This document shows, one piece after another, positions 62,723-64,000 of a stretch of 64,000 bases of DNA. The DNA comes from Squalus acanthias (Eukaryota), in assembly GCA_030390025.1 (NCBI GenBank), contig CM059432.1, forward strand, positions 123,754,001 through 123,818,000, written 5' to 3'. How positions within the stretch are numbered: position 1 is the first letter of the stretch; each line of letters opens with the position of its first letter. The notes beneath the pieces were generated by a model. It was not told where the DNA came from and made no database searches. It saw nothing but the letters and a program-made list of their open reading frames with translations. The position numbers were made by a program, and so were the translations under genes.

Positions 62723-63550
62723 TCTAGGGCTTTCCTGGTCTTCAAGTGACAATTTCACATAGGGCAATTGATTTATTAAGCTGCCCTTCAAGAAAGGCCT
62801 TTCATTCAACAGTTCAAATCACGTAACATAAATTTTCTGGCTTTCATTTTCTATTACATAGCATTCTAACTCCATTATCTCCATTTGCTTCTCATTTTAA
62901 ATAAATTTGGTATTTTTGTGCAAAACCTACTGAAACTCTCCTCGTGCATCATTTAGTGTGCTCACTATTTTAATCAGATGCTATCAACAATGTGAAACAA
63001 AAGACAGCATCCAGGTTTATGATTAATTCATGGGCAGCAACAACTGATCCATCATCCATACTGGAAAAAAGACCTTTTGTGACGGGCTCACGTATCTGGA
63101 GTTTGTGTGCGAAAGAAGCAATTATGATTTTAAAAATCTATGAAACGGATGTAAGTTGAAAACACCTTTCCCTCATCAAATATCAATCAATCTTATTGTG
63201 ATATATATATATATATATATTAAAAAGAAAGACTCGCATTTTATCTATTGCCTTTCACAACCTCAGGACGTCCCAACGTGCTTTACAGCCAGTGAAGTAG
63301 GTTTTGAAGTGGAGGCACGGTTTTAATGTAGGAAACGCTACTTGGATTGTGGTCTTGCTCTTGATGGCCATCCTGTAACTCTTAGTGAAAGTATTTGTGT
63401 GAGGATATCTTTCTTCTGGACACCAGTGACATTGTAGAGGCGCTATATAAATGCAAATCTTTCTTTATTTCTTTCTTCTTTCTAATGGTGGAAATGCAGC
63501 AGCCAAATTGCGGCACACAGCAAGATCCCACAAACAGCAATGAGATACCA

Positions 63551-64000
63551 GGGCCTAAAGATTCGGTTGCTTTGCGCCTCCCGTTAGCACCCTAACAGGG
63601 CGCTAACGGGGCGCAAAGCAACTAGCGCCTGGGCGCGGCGCCGCCAACGCCTCCTGTGAAATTCAGCGGGAGGTCAGCGGCGGCAGTAACAATTAGCACC
63701 CCGTGGTGCTGCGCCGCCGCTGATGATGTCATCACCGTGCGCAGTGCCCCACTCGCGCCCCGGCCACGGTCTTCGGTAGCGCCCCCTGACTTACCGCCGG
63801 ACGCTATGTCTGACGGGGTCAGGGGGGCCTACCTGCAGCCGGGGCGGCGCTAATGAAAGGAGAGGTGCCGGGCGGCCATTTTTGTTGCTGGCCGCCTGCC
63901 AGCACCTGCCTCCGTTGCCAGCACTCCGATCCCTGGTGGCCCAGCTGGGCCCCGGGTCACGCTGCGCTAGGCCCCTCCCCTTTAATAAGGGGAGGAAGGC
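63551..64000. mobile_element. Harbinger-related element, left end, truncated by the window
   Basis: ttgcgcctcccgttagcaccctaacagggcgctaacggggcgcaaagc closely matches 52656-52705. Confidence 0.8.

Overview
Eukaryotic, repeat-dense DNA with no host exon I can recognise. The SINE/LINE content (HE1 V-SINE, SacSINE1-like DeuSINE, LF-SINE-like, CR1, L2, Penelope) points to a cartilaginous fish, probably a shark (inference). The centrepiece is an 18.2-kb near-complete endogenous retrovirus-like provirus (38969-57133, +). It has ~1.6-kb LTRs about 98% identical by eye, a tRNA-Arg(TCG) primer-binding site, and gag with overlapping PSAP/PPxY late domains. gag and pro-pol are in frame, joined by a CAA-TGA-CTA readthrough-type stop, followed by RT (YVDD), tether plus second RNase H, and integrase. 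The env resembles paramyxovirus-type F fusion proteins but carries an N-terminal immunoglobulin-like domain. The architecture fits the lokiretrovirus lineage; the Ig-F env is the most unusual part. The 5' LTR holds a solo LTR of a sister family and the 3' LTR holds a full-length two-gene Harbinger transposon. Also present: a decayed Gypsy element (9582-15269, -) whose integrase core is replaced by ~1.45 kb of unexplained sequence, Penelope elements with minimal hammerhead-ribozyme motifs, Harbinger-type MITEs and a G-rich minisatellite. Family assignments come from motif recognition by eye, not database searches.
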